A stretch of 64,000 nt of DNA, taken from Candidatus Kapaibacterium sp. (GTDB lineage: Bacteria > Bacteroidota > Ignavibacteria > Palsa-1295). The notes beneath the pieces are model-generated. The model saw only the letters and a list, made by a program, of their open reading frames with translations, searched no databases and was not told the origin of the DNA. The position numbers were made by a program, and so were the translations under genes. The DNA lies in NCBI GenBank assembly GCA_038210275.1, contig JBBQWV010000011.1, positions 6,393-70,392 on the forward strand, written 5' to 3'. How positions within the stretch are numbered: position 1 is the stretch's first letter; each line of letters opens with the position of its first letter. Below are positions 1-10,231 of this stretch, in pieces.

Positions 1-364
1 ATTTTAATTCAAGAAGCGCCTTATCTCCTGTAATTAAATAATCTGCCTTGGATTTTTCGATTAGGTCAAGAAGGAAACTATCTTTTGGATCTTGCTCAAA
101 ATGATGAGAAGATTTAACGGTATAGTGTTCTCCGACAGCTTTAAGGAATACAGAAAGATCATCAACCTTGTCTGGTGGAAAATAACGGGTTAACTTTGTT
201 CTTTTCGCGGTTTCCAGTAATTCGAGAAGCAGGTGATCTGAGGTGACAATAATAATCCTTCTATCGGAGATGTATTCCTGAATATTCTGTAATTGCTTTC
301 CGATCAAAAAGCTTATCCAAATATTCGTATCAAAAATAACTTTAATGCTTCTTGGACTTTTCAT
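1..364 (-). CDS. PIN-domain toxin (PIN_3-like), 3' end runs off the window
   Basis: Open-ended, so absent from the ORF track. The reverse-strand ATG at 364-362 reads MKSPRSIKVIFDTNIWISFLIG...DPKDSFLLDLIEKSKADYLITGDKALLELK with no stop down to base 1. Acidic FDTN and ITGD motifs are typical of PIN. It overlaps the upstream small ORF by 23 nt. Confidence 0.7.
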   Translation of the reverse strand, partial: MKSPRSIKVIFDTNIWISFLIGKQLQNIQEYISDRRIIIVTSDHLLLELLETAKRTKLTRYFPPDKVDDLSVFLKAVGEHYTVKSSHHFEQDPKDSFLLDLIEKSKADYLITGDKALLELK

Positions 365-578
365 AGAGTCGCTGACGAACAATTTCCACTTCGCTATCTA
401 TTGTTTCAAGAGAAAGATCATCAGTGCGAAAAGCGCGAAGAAGTCGCGAAAGTGAATTTCCGACCTCCTCTTTTTCCAGTTCTTTCGAAAGCTTGATCTT
501 CTCTTTCTGGGGTAATTGTTTTACGACCTGAAGAATCTGTTCAAAATTTATCGGTATGTTATATGTTCCTGTTCTCAT
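342..578 (-). CDS. Putative antitoxin partner of the PIN toxin
   Basis: 78 aa charged helical ORF directly upstream of the PIN gene and overlapping it, which is the usual type II TA layout. No specific family recognised. Confidence 0.5.
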   Translation of the reverse strand: MRTGTYNIPINFEQILQVVKQLPQKEKIKLSKELEKEEVGNSLSRLLRAFRTDDLSLETIDSEVEIVRQRLYEKSKKH

Positions 579-616
579 ACTTTTAACAATCTTTTGTATA
601 GAATAAAAGTTCTCCG

Positions 617-1747
617 TTATAACGTTTTTCCATATACCCGGTATGTTTTATATCTTTTTCCGTTCATCATTTCGATGGCGCGGTTCATCATGTCATTGTC
701 TTCAAGTATCCATGAAGCTTCTCCGTATTTATAGCCTTTTTTCTCAGCGATCTCAATAGTTTTGCGGTAGAACATTGCGTCGATTCCTCTGCCGCGATAT
801 TCTTTTGCTACACCTAAGGTAAGAATACGAACGGTATCAATGGCTTTCTTTTTTGTGAGCAGATTAAATAATGCGATCGGAAGATTGAGTAAGCCGCGAG
901 GAATTCTCGGACCGGCATGGAATGATTGATTCACATCCGGAAGCGAAAGAGCGAAGCCGATGGTCTCGCCATTTTTTTCAGCGAAGAAAATAAGATCGGG
1001 ATCGTAGATTTGTTTTAAATCGCCGGCAAGGAAATCAAACTCTTCATCCGTCATCGGCACAAAACCCCAATTCTTTTCCCAGACAGCATTATACAGCGTC
1101 TTGATCCTTTTTACTTCGTTCGCAAAATCTTTTTTATTGAATGAGCGGATGGTTATTCCTGCACGCTTCTGCATTGCTTCAGTGACGCGGACAAGTTTTT
1201 CGGAACGAGAGGTGTCGGTTGAGAGATGCCATGCAAAAAGATCTTTTGCTTTTGCGTAGCCATTCTGCTCAATGAGATCAATATAATATTTCGGATTATA
1301 GGTCATCAGCAAGACGGGCGGTTTGCCGAATCCATCTATAAGAAATCCAAGTTCATCGTTGGTCGAAGGATTATGCGGTCCGAGAATTTCGGTCATTCCT
1401 TTGGTTCGCAGACAATTTTCTGCTGCTTCGAAAAGTTTTGCGGCTACTTGTTTATCATTGATGCATTCAAAAAACCCGAAGAATCCTGCTTTATCGTCGT
1501 GAAATTTATTGTGATTATGATTGATGATGGCGGCGATGCGACCGACGATCTTGCCATTATCTTCAGCAAGAAACCATGCAACTTCAGAATGCTTATAGAA
1601 GGGATTCTTTACTTCATCGATCAGCTTCATCCTATCCATCTCAAGCGGCGGAACCCAGTTGGGATCACTTCCATAAATATCCCACAGAAACCTGACAAAC
1701 TTCAGCTTGTCAGGTTTTGAGGTGATCTGTCGTATTGAGAGAGACAC
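617..1747 (-). CDS. GNAT-like N-acetyltransferase (376 aa)
   Basis: Full-length ORF. The C-terminal segment LTLGVAKEYRGRGIDAMFYRKTIEIAEKKGY resembles the acetyl-CoA binding motif A of GNAT enzymes. It starts 8 nt downstream of the preceding co-oriented gene. Confidence 0.6.
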   Translation of the reverse strand: MSLSIRQITSKPDKLKFVRFLWDIYGSDPNWVPPLEMDRMKLIDEVKNPFYKHSEVAWFLAEDNGKIVGRIAAIINHNHNKFHDDKAGFFGFFECINDKQVAAKLFEAAENCLRTKGMTEILGPHNPSTNDELGFLIDGFGKPPVLLMTYNPKYYIDLIEQNGYAKAKDLFAWHLSTDTSRSEKLVRVTEAMQKRAGITIRSFNKKDFANEVKRIKTLYNAVWEKNWGFVPMTDEEFDFLAGDLKQIYDPDLIFFAEKNGETIGFALSLPDVNQSFHAGPRIPRGLLNLPIALFNLLTKKKAIDTVRILTLGVAKEYRGRGIDAMFYRKTIEIAEKKGYKYGEASWILEDNDMMNRAIEMMNGKRYKTYRVYGKTL

Positions 1748-1755
1748 GTTATGAA

Positions 1756-2505
1756 TTATTTATTGAACAGCGCGATCGTTGCTTGAATGATCTTATTCTC
1801 TTGTTCGGTCAGCTTGATCGAGCGCTCAATTGCTTGATCAACTTTTGAGCGGTCGGCGGAAACTTTCGATTCAAAATCCATATATTTCTCGTTCGCAGAT
1901 TTATCGGTGTTAAACGATATATCATTTCCTGTTCGAGTCATCGGCACTGTTTGCAAGAAGACCAGCGCCATCCGAATATCGGTGATCATCACCGATAAAT
2001 ATTGCGAATACAAAATAAATGCGGACGATTCTTCTTTATAGGCGGCTAAAAAATCTGTCAGAGATTTTTTTTCTTCATCTTTACTCATCTGTTCAGTGAG
2101 TATCTTTGCCGTATCGGTAAAATGCCGTACATTTTTCTGGATCTCCGCACGGTGCGAAGCAAGGAAGAGCAGATACTTCGCACACTTTTCGATATTCGCT
2201 TTGAAATGCACTGAATCCATACCCTGTGGTTCAAGCGGATGCATTTCCTCTAATTCTTCTTGCAGCGCTTTGAATCTGATATTCCTGGAGTTCAATGCTT
2301 GGATTGCCCGGTAGAGACATCCTAATGTTTTAAACTTGACGCTGTCAGATGTTTCCGTCTGCTGGGCAAGAACGGAAGTTGCGAGTGAAGCAGAAAATAA
2401 AAAAATGAGACAAAGAACGAGTAATGCCTTCGGCATTTTTAATGAGGTAGCGAAAAAGTGCTTCATGCTTTTTATTGCGGACATGTTATTTTTTAATGTC
2501 GCCAT
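1756..2505 (-). CDS. Exported helical protein, paralogue A (unknown function)
   Basis: 249 aa with a signal peptide ending VLAQ/Q. Shares motifs with the upstream 221 aa ORF: LNSRNIRFKALQEELEEMHPLE vs LNIRAQRFNEELASINATKPLE, and FLAAYKEESSAF vs FLSAYNMDQSAF. Confidence 0.6.
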   Translation of the reverse strand: MATLKNNMSAIKSMKHFFATSLKMPKALLVLCLIFLFSASLATSVLAQQTETSDSVKFKTLGCLYRAIQALNSRNIRFKALQEELEEMHPLEPQGMDSVHFKANIEKCAKYLLFLASHRAEIQKNVRHFTDTAKILTEQMSKDEEKKSLTDFLAAYKEESSAFILYSQYLSVMITDIRMALVFLQTVPMTRTGNDISFNTDKSANEKYMDFESKVSADRSKVDQAIERSIKLTEQENKIIQATIALFNK

Positions 2506-3151
2506 AAGCTTTCTGCATCAAAGCGCTGGCGTCTATCGTGGCTTTCTGCGAGTTTGCACTTGCCGTAATTAATTTTTTATTGCTCTTATCCACTACGGCG
2601 ATCAATTCAGTGTATTCTTCATATTCTTTTTTATTAGTGAATTGAAGCTTATTGTCTTTTGTCGTGACGCTGGATTTTTCGATAAACTCAACGACGGCAT
2701 TGATATTGGTATATAATTTGGTCAGCGCCAATGTAAATTTATCGAAAGCGCTTTGATCCATATTATAAGCACTGAGGAATTCTTGCAGGAAAGTTGCGCG
2801 GTGATGTGATGGCATTTTTGCCCGAAGCAAATTCACCGAATCCTCCACCTTCTCTTTGAGTTGTTGGCTCAGTGAGCGATAAACGTCGAGATAGCTCAGG
2901 AAATCATTGATCTTCTCACGATTCTTCGCGATGTTTTCTTTTGCAAGGGATGTTCCTTCCAACGGCTTTGTGGCATTGATGCTTGCGAGCTCTTCATTGA
3001 AGCGTTGTGCCCGAATATTCAGCGATGCCATTGTGCTATCAATAAGCTTTGATGCTCTTATCTGAATCGCATCGGGGTCATCCTGTGCATGGAGCGTTGT
3101 GGTACAAAGCAGTAAAACAGAAAGTGCGGTTGCAAGTATATATCGTAACAT
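2486..3151 (-). CDS. Exported helical protein, paralogue B (unknown function)
   Basis: 221 aa with a signal peptide ending LHAQ/D. Overlaps the next gene by 20 nt. Paralogous to 1756..2505. Confidence 0.6.
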   Translation of the reverse strand: MLRYILATALSVLLLCTTTLHAQDDPDAIQIRASKLIDSTMASLNIRAQRFNEELASINATKPLEGTSLAKENIAKNREKINDFLSYLDVYRSLSQQLKEKVEDSVNLLRAKMPSHHRATFLQEFLSAYNMDQSAFDKFTLALTKLYTNINAVVEFIEKSSVTTKDNKLQFTNKKEYEEYTELIAVVDKSNKKLITASANSQKATIDASALMQKAYGDIKK

Positions 3152-3219
3152 TGATCGATCAGTAAAATAAATATCCTCTATCTATACAAAGTAATCACGA
3201 AAAAATATCCCGTTCGGCG

Positions 3220-4146
3220 TTAAAACGTATATCGCAGCTTTGCAGTTGGAATAAAACCCATCGTGCCGTCGAGATAGTGATGCTGCATTAACTCGCCCTC
3301 AAGATGAACCGGAGTGTTGTGATCTTTTGCCAGAAGGACTGCATCAATTGCAGAGAGAATGCGATTGAGGAAAAGTCCGTACAAAAAATAATCGGCGATC
3401 TCATACTGATGATTCATGTTATCGCGCATCCAAGCATGCTGCTCGTAGTCCGGAGAAAAATAATCTTCTCCACCATAGATATAATCTTTCCAGCCCGAAC
3501 GGAATTGTTTATATTTCGAAATCAATTCATAATATTGCTGCGATCCTTGCGCAGGAAGTTTATGCGTAAAATTTTGGAAGCCAAGAATATTGAGCGAATC
3601 CTCAGCCTTGTTGATCTGTGAAAACAGGTCAGCGTTTGATGACGTATCAATCTTGAAAGTACGATGCGCCAGATTAAGCAAACTATTGAGCGAATCGGCA
3701 TAGATCACCGGGGACCATAGATTATCTGCAAAGGCATGGAAGGCATTTGTCGAATCTGCTCCGCGAGCAAAGAAATGATAACGCTCATACCACAATCCTG
3801 CGTCAATCACGGTAAATATCACGCCGCGCCAGATATGATCTCCGACATAATACTCTCCTAAGCCCGGAAGAGCAAGTGAAAGCACTGCCGCTAAGACTCC
3901 GCTTTTATGGGATGGCTGAATAACTTTAGCCTCTCCTTCAAGTCCGGGAATCGTTGCCGTTGCAGAAGTTGAAGCATCTTCGAATGATTCGAATTCTTTG
4001 ATCAGTGCATTTCCCGATGCTGATGGTTTCGTAACAGGATCATACCGAAATTGCGCAATTACATTTCCACTAAGCAGCCCACATAGAGCAAAAATGAGCA
4101 CAAAAATTGTGCTCAGCTTTTTGCCGGAATGCAGATGCTGTTTCAA
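3220..4146 (-). CDS. Membrane protein, DUF5683-like
   Basis: 308 aa. N-terminal signal or anchor ending VIAQ/F. The hydrophobic motif LSLALPGLGEYYVGDHIWRG and the later LNRILSAIDAVLLAK resemble DUF5683 proteins of Bacteroidota. Family call is from memory, not searched. Confidence 0.5.
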   Translation of the reverse strand: MKQHLHSGKKLSTIFVLIFALCGLLSGNVIAQFRYDPVTKPSASGNALIKEFESFEDASTSATATIPGLEGEAKVIQPSHKSGVLAAVLSLALPGLGEYYVGDHIWRGVIFTVIDAGLWYERYHFFARGADSTNAFHAFADNLWSPVIYADSLNSLLNLAHRTFKIDTSSNADLFSQINKAEDSLNILGFQNFTHKLPAQGSQQYYELISKYKQFRSGWKDYIYGGEDYFSPDYEQHAWMRDNMNHQYEIADYFLYGLFLNRILSAIDAVLLAKDHNTPVHLEGELMQHHYLDGTMGFIPTAKLRYTF

Positions 4147-4178
4147 TGTAATTATTCTGAGAAATTTTTCTTAGTCAG

Positions 4179-5261
4179 TTACCAATGGATTCCAAGACTG
4201 AATCGTAATGTATTTGCAAGCGGATGATTTGAATCGAACGTATCAATGTAACTGAAATCAAAATCATAGGCATCATATTTCAAGCCTGCTCCGAATGTCA
4301 GATAATTCCTCGATCCTACGGCAGAGCCTTCCGTATAATATCCTGCGCGAAGAGCTAACAGCTGATCGTACCAATACTCAATACCGCTTGAGAGCATCAA
4401 GGATTTTCCGGTCATGTTATCCCATGCTGTGACAAAAGCTCTCGGCAAGTTATCAGAAATACCCGAAGCAGAGTCGCGATGCACGAGAAGTTTTGCAACA
4501 TCAAAAGCAAGCATCAAGTCGTTGTATTCATCTTTGATGATCTTATACGAAGCTCCGATGCGCAAGATCGTCGGAAGAGGATCGGCTTGCTGCACATCGA
4601 CGTAACGCACTTTCGGTCCGATGTTGGCGATGTTAAAACCAACAGCAAGGCGGTTTGCCATTTCTTCGATGTAGGTGGTATCCGGGCGCCACATTGCGCT
4701 GATATCAAAGCTGACAGATCTGCCGATTCCTTTTTGTTTTTCTTGACCGACGGTCAGCGGAGAAAGCGACGATTGAATGTAGCGGACGTTTCCACCGAAA
4801 CCCCACTCAGCAGAAAGCTTCGTAGCATACGACAATGAGATCGAATACTCGAACGAATGGAATTCTCCGAGCGGATCGGGTGAGGTCTCCGTCGTATAGA
4901 TAAATTTTCCTAAATTCAGGAAAATGATCTGTGCGCCGATCGTACCGCCGAACTGCTCTTCATTATTCCACTTGAAGGTGGCATACTCATAAAAGAGATC
5001 ACTGTTGAATTGCGGAAGCCACTGCGAATGCGTCAGGATAACTTCCTTGCCGCTCTGGAAAGCAAGTCCGGCAGGATTCCAATAAATGGCGTTGGCATTA
5101 TCGGCAATGCCCGCTCCGACATCCCCCATGCCGCTTGAGCGGGCATCAGGAGAGATAAGCTGGAAGGGGACGGCTGTTGTTGTGGTCTGAGCATAAGACG
5201 TGCCAAGAGCAAAAGCTCCTGCGATAACGCCCATGACTATTTTCTTGAATGTGAATTGCAT
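4179..5261 (-). CDS. porV: T9SS outer-membrane protein PorV (LptO)
   Basis: 360 aa. Signal peptide, then the PorV/PorQ signature ISPDARSSGMGDVGAGIADNANAIYWNPAGLAF. Beta-barrel-like alternating sequence ending in an aromatic residue. Lies immediately downstream of porU, the canonical arrangement. Confidence 0.85.
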   Translation of the reverse strand: MQFTFKKIVMGVIAGAFALGTSYAQTTTTAVPFQLISPDARSSGMGDVGAGIADNANAIYWNPAGLAFQSGKEVILTHSQWLPQFNSDLFYEYATFKWNNEEQFGGTIGAQIIFLNLGKFIYTTETSPDPLGEFHSFEYSISLSYATKLSAEWGFGGNVRYIQSSLSPLTVGQEKQKGIGRSVSFDISAMWRPDTTYIEEMANRLAVGFNIANIGPKVRYVDVQQADPLPTILRIGASYKIIKDEYNDLMLAFDVAKLLVHRDSASGISDNLPRAFVTAWDNMTGKSLMLSSGIEYWYDQLLALRAGYYTEGSAVGSRNYLTFGAGLKYDAYDFDFSYIDTFDSNHPLANTLRFSLGIHW

Positions 5262-5285
5262 TATCTTTACTCTTTAAAAAAAATA

Positions 5286-8200
5286 TTATTGTCTGACGAC
5301 GACGAACGTGCCGCCGACATTTGTTTGAATTCCGCTAAGTCTCTCGTTAGCAGTGACACGGTAAACATATACTCCGTTAGCAAGCGGAGTTCCTCCATCT
5401 GCCCGCCCATCAAATGGAATGCTGACTGAATTTTGTGAAATGCCCTCAGCAGTAAGCTGGCGAAGTTTCTGACCGATAACCGAATAGATCGTGATCGTCA
5501 CATCAACAGGGCTTTCCGGCGCCGATGGTTGTAAAAATGTAAACACCGAGTGATCGTTCGTCACCGGATTCGGCGTGATCGTTGTATTATAAAGCGAGTA
5601 TGGCTGCACGTCACGGGCAGTGAACTCTACTTCAGCGAACGTCGGATTATTGAGCGCATCGAAAGCGCGGACTTTCAGGATATGCGTACCTACAGGAAGC
5701 ACTGCCTGCTGCTCGGAAGTGCCGATCTTATAATTATCTTTTTGCGATACATACGTCGATGCTAAATCAATCTCGCCTAAAGTAAGATCATCCGTCCAGG
5801 CAACGAATGAATGCCCGATGCTTGCTGTCGAAGAATTCAGTCCGCTGATATCTTCAACATCAACAATGATCTTCGAATTTACGGGTACAACATCGCCCGA
5901 TTTAAATGCTCGCGAACCGATATAGGGAACAAGCTTCGGTCCGGTATGATCGGAACTTGCGCGAGCGGTATCAATGCCATAGACCACAACATTTTTAGTC
6001 ACTCCCAAAGCGGAATGAAAATTATCGGAATAAGCAAGCATACTGATCTTTGCTCTGCTGCTGTCGAATTTTATATCTTTCGAAACGATGAACGAAGCTC
6101 TGAACTTTCCGGCAGTCACAGTTGATGAGCCGTGATACAGTATTGGTCCGTCAATGCTCCATTTATCAGTGATCGGCGCTGCATCAACGAATGTCGAAGT
6201 AGCTGAAACTTGAGTTGGCGCATCGAAAAGAGTAACGGCTGCATTACCATTGAAATTTGCATCGAGATCAGAACCATCGCAGGAATTTGAAATATGTCCG
6301 GAAATCGTAAGCTGCGAAAGTGCCGCAATAGTACGAGGAGCATCCGATTCATTGAATGCGATCCCGTTGATCGAATCAACGGTGACATATTGACGAGGGA
6401 AGATCACACGCTGTGCGGCATCTCCCATTATATAGTAGAGCGGACCCTCGCCACTTGCCGAACGGGCAGCGATAAATGCCACTCCTACTGGAGTACTTCC
6501 GATAAGTTCATTACAGCCTACCGAAAGCAGAGCCTGATAAAATGTCGGCGCTGTTTGATCCGGTGAGACGGAGCGGCTTGTTCCTAAACTGCCGACCACA
6601 CCGCCATCGGCTTTGGTGATCAGTTGCACTCCGCCGGAGATCGGTTTTGAATAATCATCGAAGCGGCTGAAGTCGCAGGTTGCCGTTGTCAGATAGGCAA
6701 GACGATTGAAGTTCGTAAGTTTATTGATCGTCGCCGGAACAGTGAGCACATTCTCATGTGCCCAGACGGCGGGGTTGCCATGCCCGACCCATGAAATAAG
6801 TGCTGAACCTGAATTGAAAGCATCAATAATTGCTTTCTCCATTTCAGGTTTGCGTCTGCCTGCAGAAGTAATGACATCGGCGTATGCCTGCCCGAATACA
6901 TCATGAAGAATAATCCTTGTGGGTATTTTATTCATCTCGTTCTCTGTGTCATAAATATGCTGCAGCGGATCCGCACCGCCATCAGGCCAATGCCTGTCGT
7001 CGCAGATAAGTGTCGTCCGTGCGCGCCAATCTCCTTCGTCGCTCGAAGTTTCATACTTGATCACTTTCGAAACAAAAGCATCAGCTTCATCAATGTTATG
7101 AACAGTTATACGCCCAACGGCAACATCCATCTTATTTGAACCCCGTGTCAGATTTACAAAGTATGCATCATTTGGGAAATACGGTGGCTCACCGTTTCGG
7201 ATATCACCGGAAAATGTGCTGTTCCATTGCTCATAGATCGGTACACCGATCGGAAGCGAAGTTGTTTTATTACGGTAATCACAATGTCCGTTGGCAAAGA
7301 GTGTCAGATACAAAGGCTTCGTAGAATTGTTTGCGGTCGTATGACGGAACATATACGACATGAAATTTCTGATCGCCGTGTAATCCGGTGAGCCGTATCC
7401 AAATTCTTTATTAATATCTTCGACAGTAACGACGGCAACGCTGATCGGTCCGGTTGCTTGTCCGCCCATGGTGCGTTGCTTGGCAAGTTTATTTGCCTGA
7501 TCTATGTATGCAGCAGGAGTAACGATGATCTCGGCTGCGCCTGTTTGGCAAACTCCGTTGCGCAGAGGTAATACTCCGACAGTAGTAAGTGTGGGATTCT
7601 TTAATGAAGCCAAGTTAAAAGCAACAAACTGTTGGAAGCCTTTTGCATTCCCTTGAACCGGTACACTCATCGTATTGCCTGATGCCGATGCGATCTTCAC
7701 AGGATTTGATGCGTCAGTAACATCCCAAGTTTCGCCATTTGCGGCTTCGGTAAAATTGTAATTCAAACCTCTTCCATCGGCTAAGACATAGAATGGAATC
7801 TGTCCATTAGCAAGCGATGCTTGGCGGCGGTAAAATATTTCCACCCAATCGAGCCAAAATTTTGAATCGGCATTCGATGAAGTTGCCGAAAGTGTGATCG
7901 AATTGTTTTGCGAACGTAAGAGATCTCCGGCTAAAATTGCCTGATTCCAATTTCGTGTTGAAAATTGATCGAGATCAAATGCGACCGTGTTTTCGTCAAT
8001 GATCGGATTCAGTGCTGTGCCGTTCACCGAAAGATTGAATGTATGCTTATCGTTGTCCCGTGAATTAAATCCCGGACGGAGTATTGTCGAATCCGACGTG
8101 TAACCTGGAAGATCGGGCAAACCGACGTTTACCGTTCTATCTTTCGGAATATCTTCTCCGACAAATTCACGGCTGATATTTGGATTTTCGAAACGGTCTT

Positions 8201-9437
8201 CTTCTTCATGAATAGCAACGGTCGGAACAGAATTTTGTTGAACCGTCAATAGAATGTTCAGTGGAACAAAAGCTATTCTCTTTGATGATGAATTTCCTCC
8301 CGACTTCAAAAGATAATGCCCTGATATTGAGAATGGATTGAGAATATGATAAAGCCTGTAAAGTGGATCGCCGGGACTTGGATCGAAATGCCATTCATTC
8401 AAACCCGGCTCATAGAACCGTACTTCATTGAATGAGCCGTCGCTATTTTTAATAATATCAATTGCGCATTCCCGCAACTCGCCGGTTGTGGCATCAATAT
8501 CTTCGGGTAATGCCTGACCTCCGTAACCGAACAATTGTAAAGTAGATGCATCAACGTTTGAAATTCCGGATTGAGAGAGTTGGCTTGCTGTAATGTGATA
8601 AACACCTTGCTCGCTCGTATTCACAAGAAGCCATTGCTCACCTGATTGAGCAGAAGCGCTTTTCTTATACGAAATTGCAGCGGTATTCAATGCCTTCGTC
8701 ACAACATCTGTCGCAGAGTGATAGAACTGATATGTATTGCCATTAGCAAAAAGACTTTGAAAAAGCTCTGCTTCCTGCGGAGTAAGCGAAGAGAGATGCG
8801 GATCGGGGGCAGTAGAAATATTAGCGAATGTAATTCTTACCGTTAATTCCTTTACAAGCTTGATGGTATTTGAACCTGCATCAAATTGAATAGGATTGAT
8901 CCGAAGCTCTTGTGAGTATGCTGTGCGGTAAATATTTGGTGAGCCTATTGATGCTATATCAGTTGTTGATGAAGAATAGGAAGCCGCATTTGCGATATAA
9001 TGTACTTGAGGGCTTTTAAATTCATCATGCGCAAAAGTCCATTTCGGGACAGGAGCAAGCGTTGCATTGCGTACCGGTTCAAAGTCCGTTTTGATTATTT
9101 CAAACGAGGCAAGATCTTTTGACGGAGCAAGAAGATCGATCGGAATCCATCCCGTTGCCGGAGAGCCGATCGCAAAACCTTTCAGCGAACTTCCGGAAAA
9201 AGTAATATTCTCGTAGTGTGCGCCGGTTTTTTCATCGGTAACATTCGTGATCTCATACTCAGGATGAACGGTGATTATTACCTCTTTCGGACTTGATGAG
9301 TTAACGGTATAGGAGGGCTTGGCTATAAAAATACTCTGCGCCAAGCTTTGTGCAGAGTTGGCACAAAGAAGCAGAGCAGCAAGCGGAAGTGATTTCCGTA
9401 GCGAAAAAAAGTATGTCCTAAAGTTATTTCTACGCAT
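5286..9437 (-). CDS. porU: T9SS C-terminal signal peptidase/sortase PorU (gingipain C25-like)
   Basis: 1383 aa. C25-like blocks EDINKEFGYGSPDYTAIRNFMSYMF, LFANGHCDYRN and SWVGHGNPAVWAHENVL. The C-terminus (TPNPV...VYVYRV...) looks like a T9SS sorting domain. Paired with porV. Confidence 0.85.
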   Translation of the reverse strand: MRRNNFRTYFFSLRKSLPLAALLLCANSAQSLAQSIFIAKPSYTVNSSSPKEVIITVHPEYEITNVTDEKTGAHYENITFSGSSLKGFAIGSPATGWIPIDLLAPSKDLASFEIIKTDFEPVRNATLAPVPKWTFAHDEFKSPQVHYIANAASYSSSTTDIASIGSPNIYRTAYSQELRINPIQFDAGSNTIKLVKELTVRITFANISTAPDPHLSSLTPQEAELFQSLFANGNTYQFYHSATDVVTKALNTAAISYKKSASAQSGEQWLLVNTSEQGVYHITASQLSQSGISNVDASTLQLFGYGGQALPEDIDATTGELRECAIDIIKNSDGSFNEVRFYEPGLNEWHFDPSPGDPLYRLYHILNPFSISGHYLLKSGGNSSSKRIAFVPLNILLTVQQNSVPTVAIHEEEDRFENPNISREFVGEDIPKDRTVNVGLPDLPGYTSDSTILRPGFNSRDNDKHTFNLSVNGTALNPIIDENTVAFDLDQFSTRNWNQAILAGDLLRSQNNSITLSATSSNADSKFWLDWVEIFYRRQASLANGQIPFYVLADGRGLNYNFTEAANGETWDVTDASNPVKIASASGNTMSVPVQGNAKGFQQFVAFNLASLKNPTLTTVGVLPLRNGVCQTGAAEIIVTPAAYIDQANKLAKQRTMGGQATGPISVAVVTVEDINKEFGYGSPDYTAIRNFMSYMFRHTTANNSTKPLYLTLFANGHCDYRNKTTSLPIGVPIYEQWNSTFSGDIRNGEPPYFPNDAYFVNLTRGSNKMDVAVGRITVHNIDEADAFVSKVIKYETSSDEGDWRARTTLICDDRHWPDGGADPLQHIYDTENEMNKIPTRIILHDVFGQAYADVITSAGRRKPEMEKAIIDAFNSGSALISWVGHGNPAVWAHENVLTVPATINKLTNFNRLAYLTTATCDFSRFDDYSKPISGGVQLITKADGGVVGSLGTSRSVSPDQTAPTFYQALLSVGCNELIGSTPVGVAFIAARSASGEGPLYYIMGDAAQRVIFPRQYVTVDSINGIAFNESDAPRTIAALSQLTISGHISNSCDGSDLDANFNGNAAVTLFDAPTQVSATSTFVDAAPITDKWSIDGPILYHGSSTVTAGKFRASFIVSKDIKFDSSRAKISMLAYSDNFHSALGVTKNVVVYGIDTARASSDHTGPKLVPYIGSRAFKSGDVVPVNSKIIVDVEDISGLNSSTASIGHSFVAWTDDLTLGEIDLASTYVSQKDNYKIGTSEQQAVLPVGTHILKVRAFDALNNPTFAEVEFTARDVQPYSLYNTTITPNPVTNDHSVFTFLQPSAPESPVDVTITIYSVIGQKLRQLTAEGISQNSVSIPFDGRADGGTPLANGVYVYRVTANERLSGIQTNVGGTFVVVRQ

Positions 9438-9694
9438 AAACGAGCTTTCCGGCGAAAAAAATTGCCGTCAACACTAATAACGCTTCACGATGTTATTTGA
9501 TACACCGGTGACAGATTTATACCCTGTTTCTTAGAGTAATGTTTCTGCCAAGCCGAATACCATTTAATTGTAGAAATCTTCTATAGGCTTCTTTTAACTA
9601 AATTAATGCAAAATAAACCAAAAACACTGAATTCTTTAAAGGCTTTTTCGGGGAAAGAAGTTCAAGTGAAATTACTGCTGAAAGGATTCGGGTA

Positions 9695-10033
9695 TTAGCC
9701 CGGCGGCCATGTCATCGTTCTGCCTCCGAGGACATGACAGTGTATGTGGTAGACGCTCTGACCGCCATCTTTGTTACAGTTGAAGACCACTCGGTAGCCG
9801 GATTTATCAATTTTCTCGGTTTCAGCGATCTTTTTCGCAGCAAGGATCATCTTTCCCATCAGTTCGCCGTCAGTTTCGGAGAGATCATTCAGCGTCATGA
9901 TAGGGCGTTTGGTGGTAATGACAATATGCACGGGAGCCTTCGGATCAATATCACGAAAAGCAAGGAGATAGTCATCCTCATAGACGATAGTAGCCGGAAT
10001 CTCTCGCGCAGCGATCTTTTCAAAAATAGTCAT
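9695..10033 (-). CDS. HIT-family (histidine triad) nucleotide hydrolase
   Basis: 112 aa with the histidine triad HIHCHVLGG near the C-terminus. Confidence 0.9.
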   Translation of the reverse strand: MTIFEKIAAREIPATIVYEDDYLLAFRDIDPKAPVHIVITTKRPIMTLNDLSETDGELMGKMILAAKKIAETEKIDKSGYRVVFNCNKDGGQSVYHIHCHVLGGRTMTWPPG

Positions 10034-10047
10034 AATCTTAAATTGTA

Positions 10048-10208
10048 TGTCATTCCGAACGGAGATTTTTTATGCAAAGCATAAAAAACGATGTGAGGAA
10101 TCCCCTACATCGTGGTAGAGACTTAAGGGCTACAAACTATGAGGGTCCGCCGTGGCGGACTCGGTCGCTCATTCGCCTACGACAAATTTCGGCTCCTTCG
10201 GAATGACA
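10048..10208. repeat. Family C MITE-like palindromic element, copy C1
   Basis: Terminal inverted repeats TGTCATTCCGAACGGAG and CTCCTTCGGAATGACA. Internal hairpins TTTTTTATGC-AAA-GCATAAAAAA and GTCCGCC-GT-GGCGGAC. Shares modules with the copy at 53241..53427. Confidence 0.7.
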
Positions 10209-10231
10209 AGCAAACAGAGCCGCTATCACTA

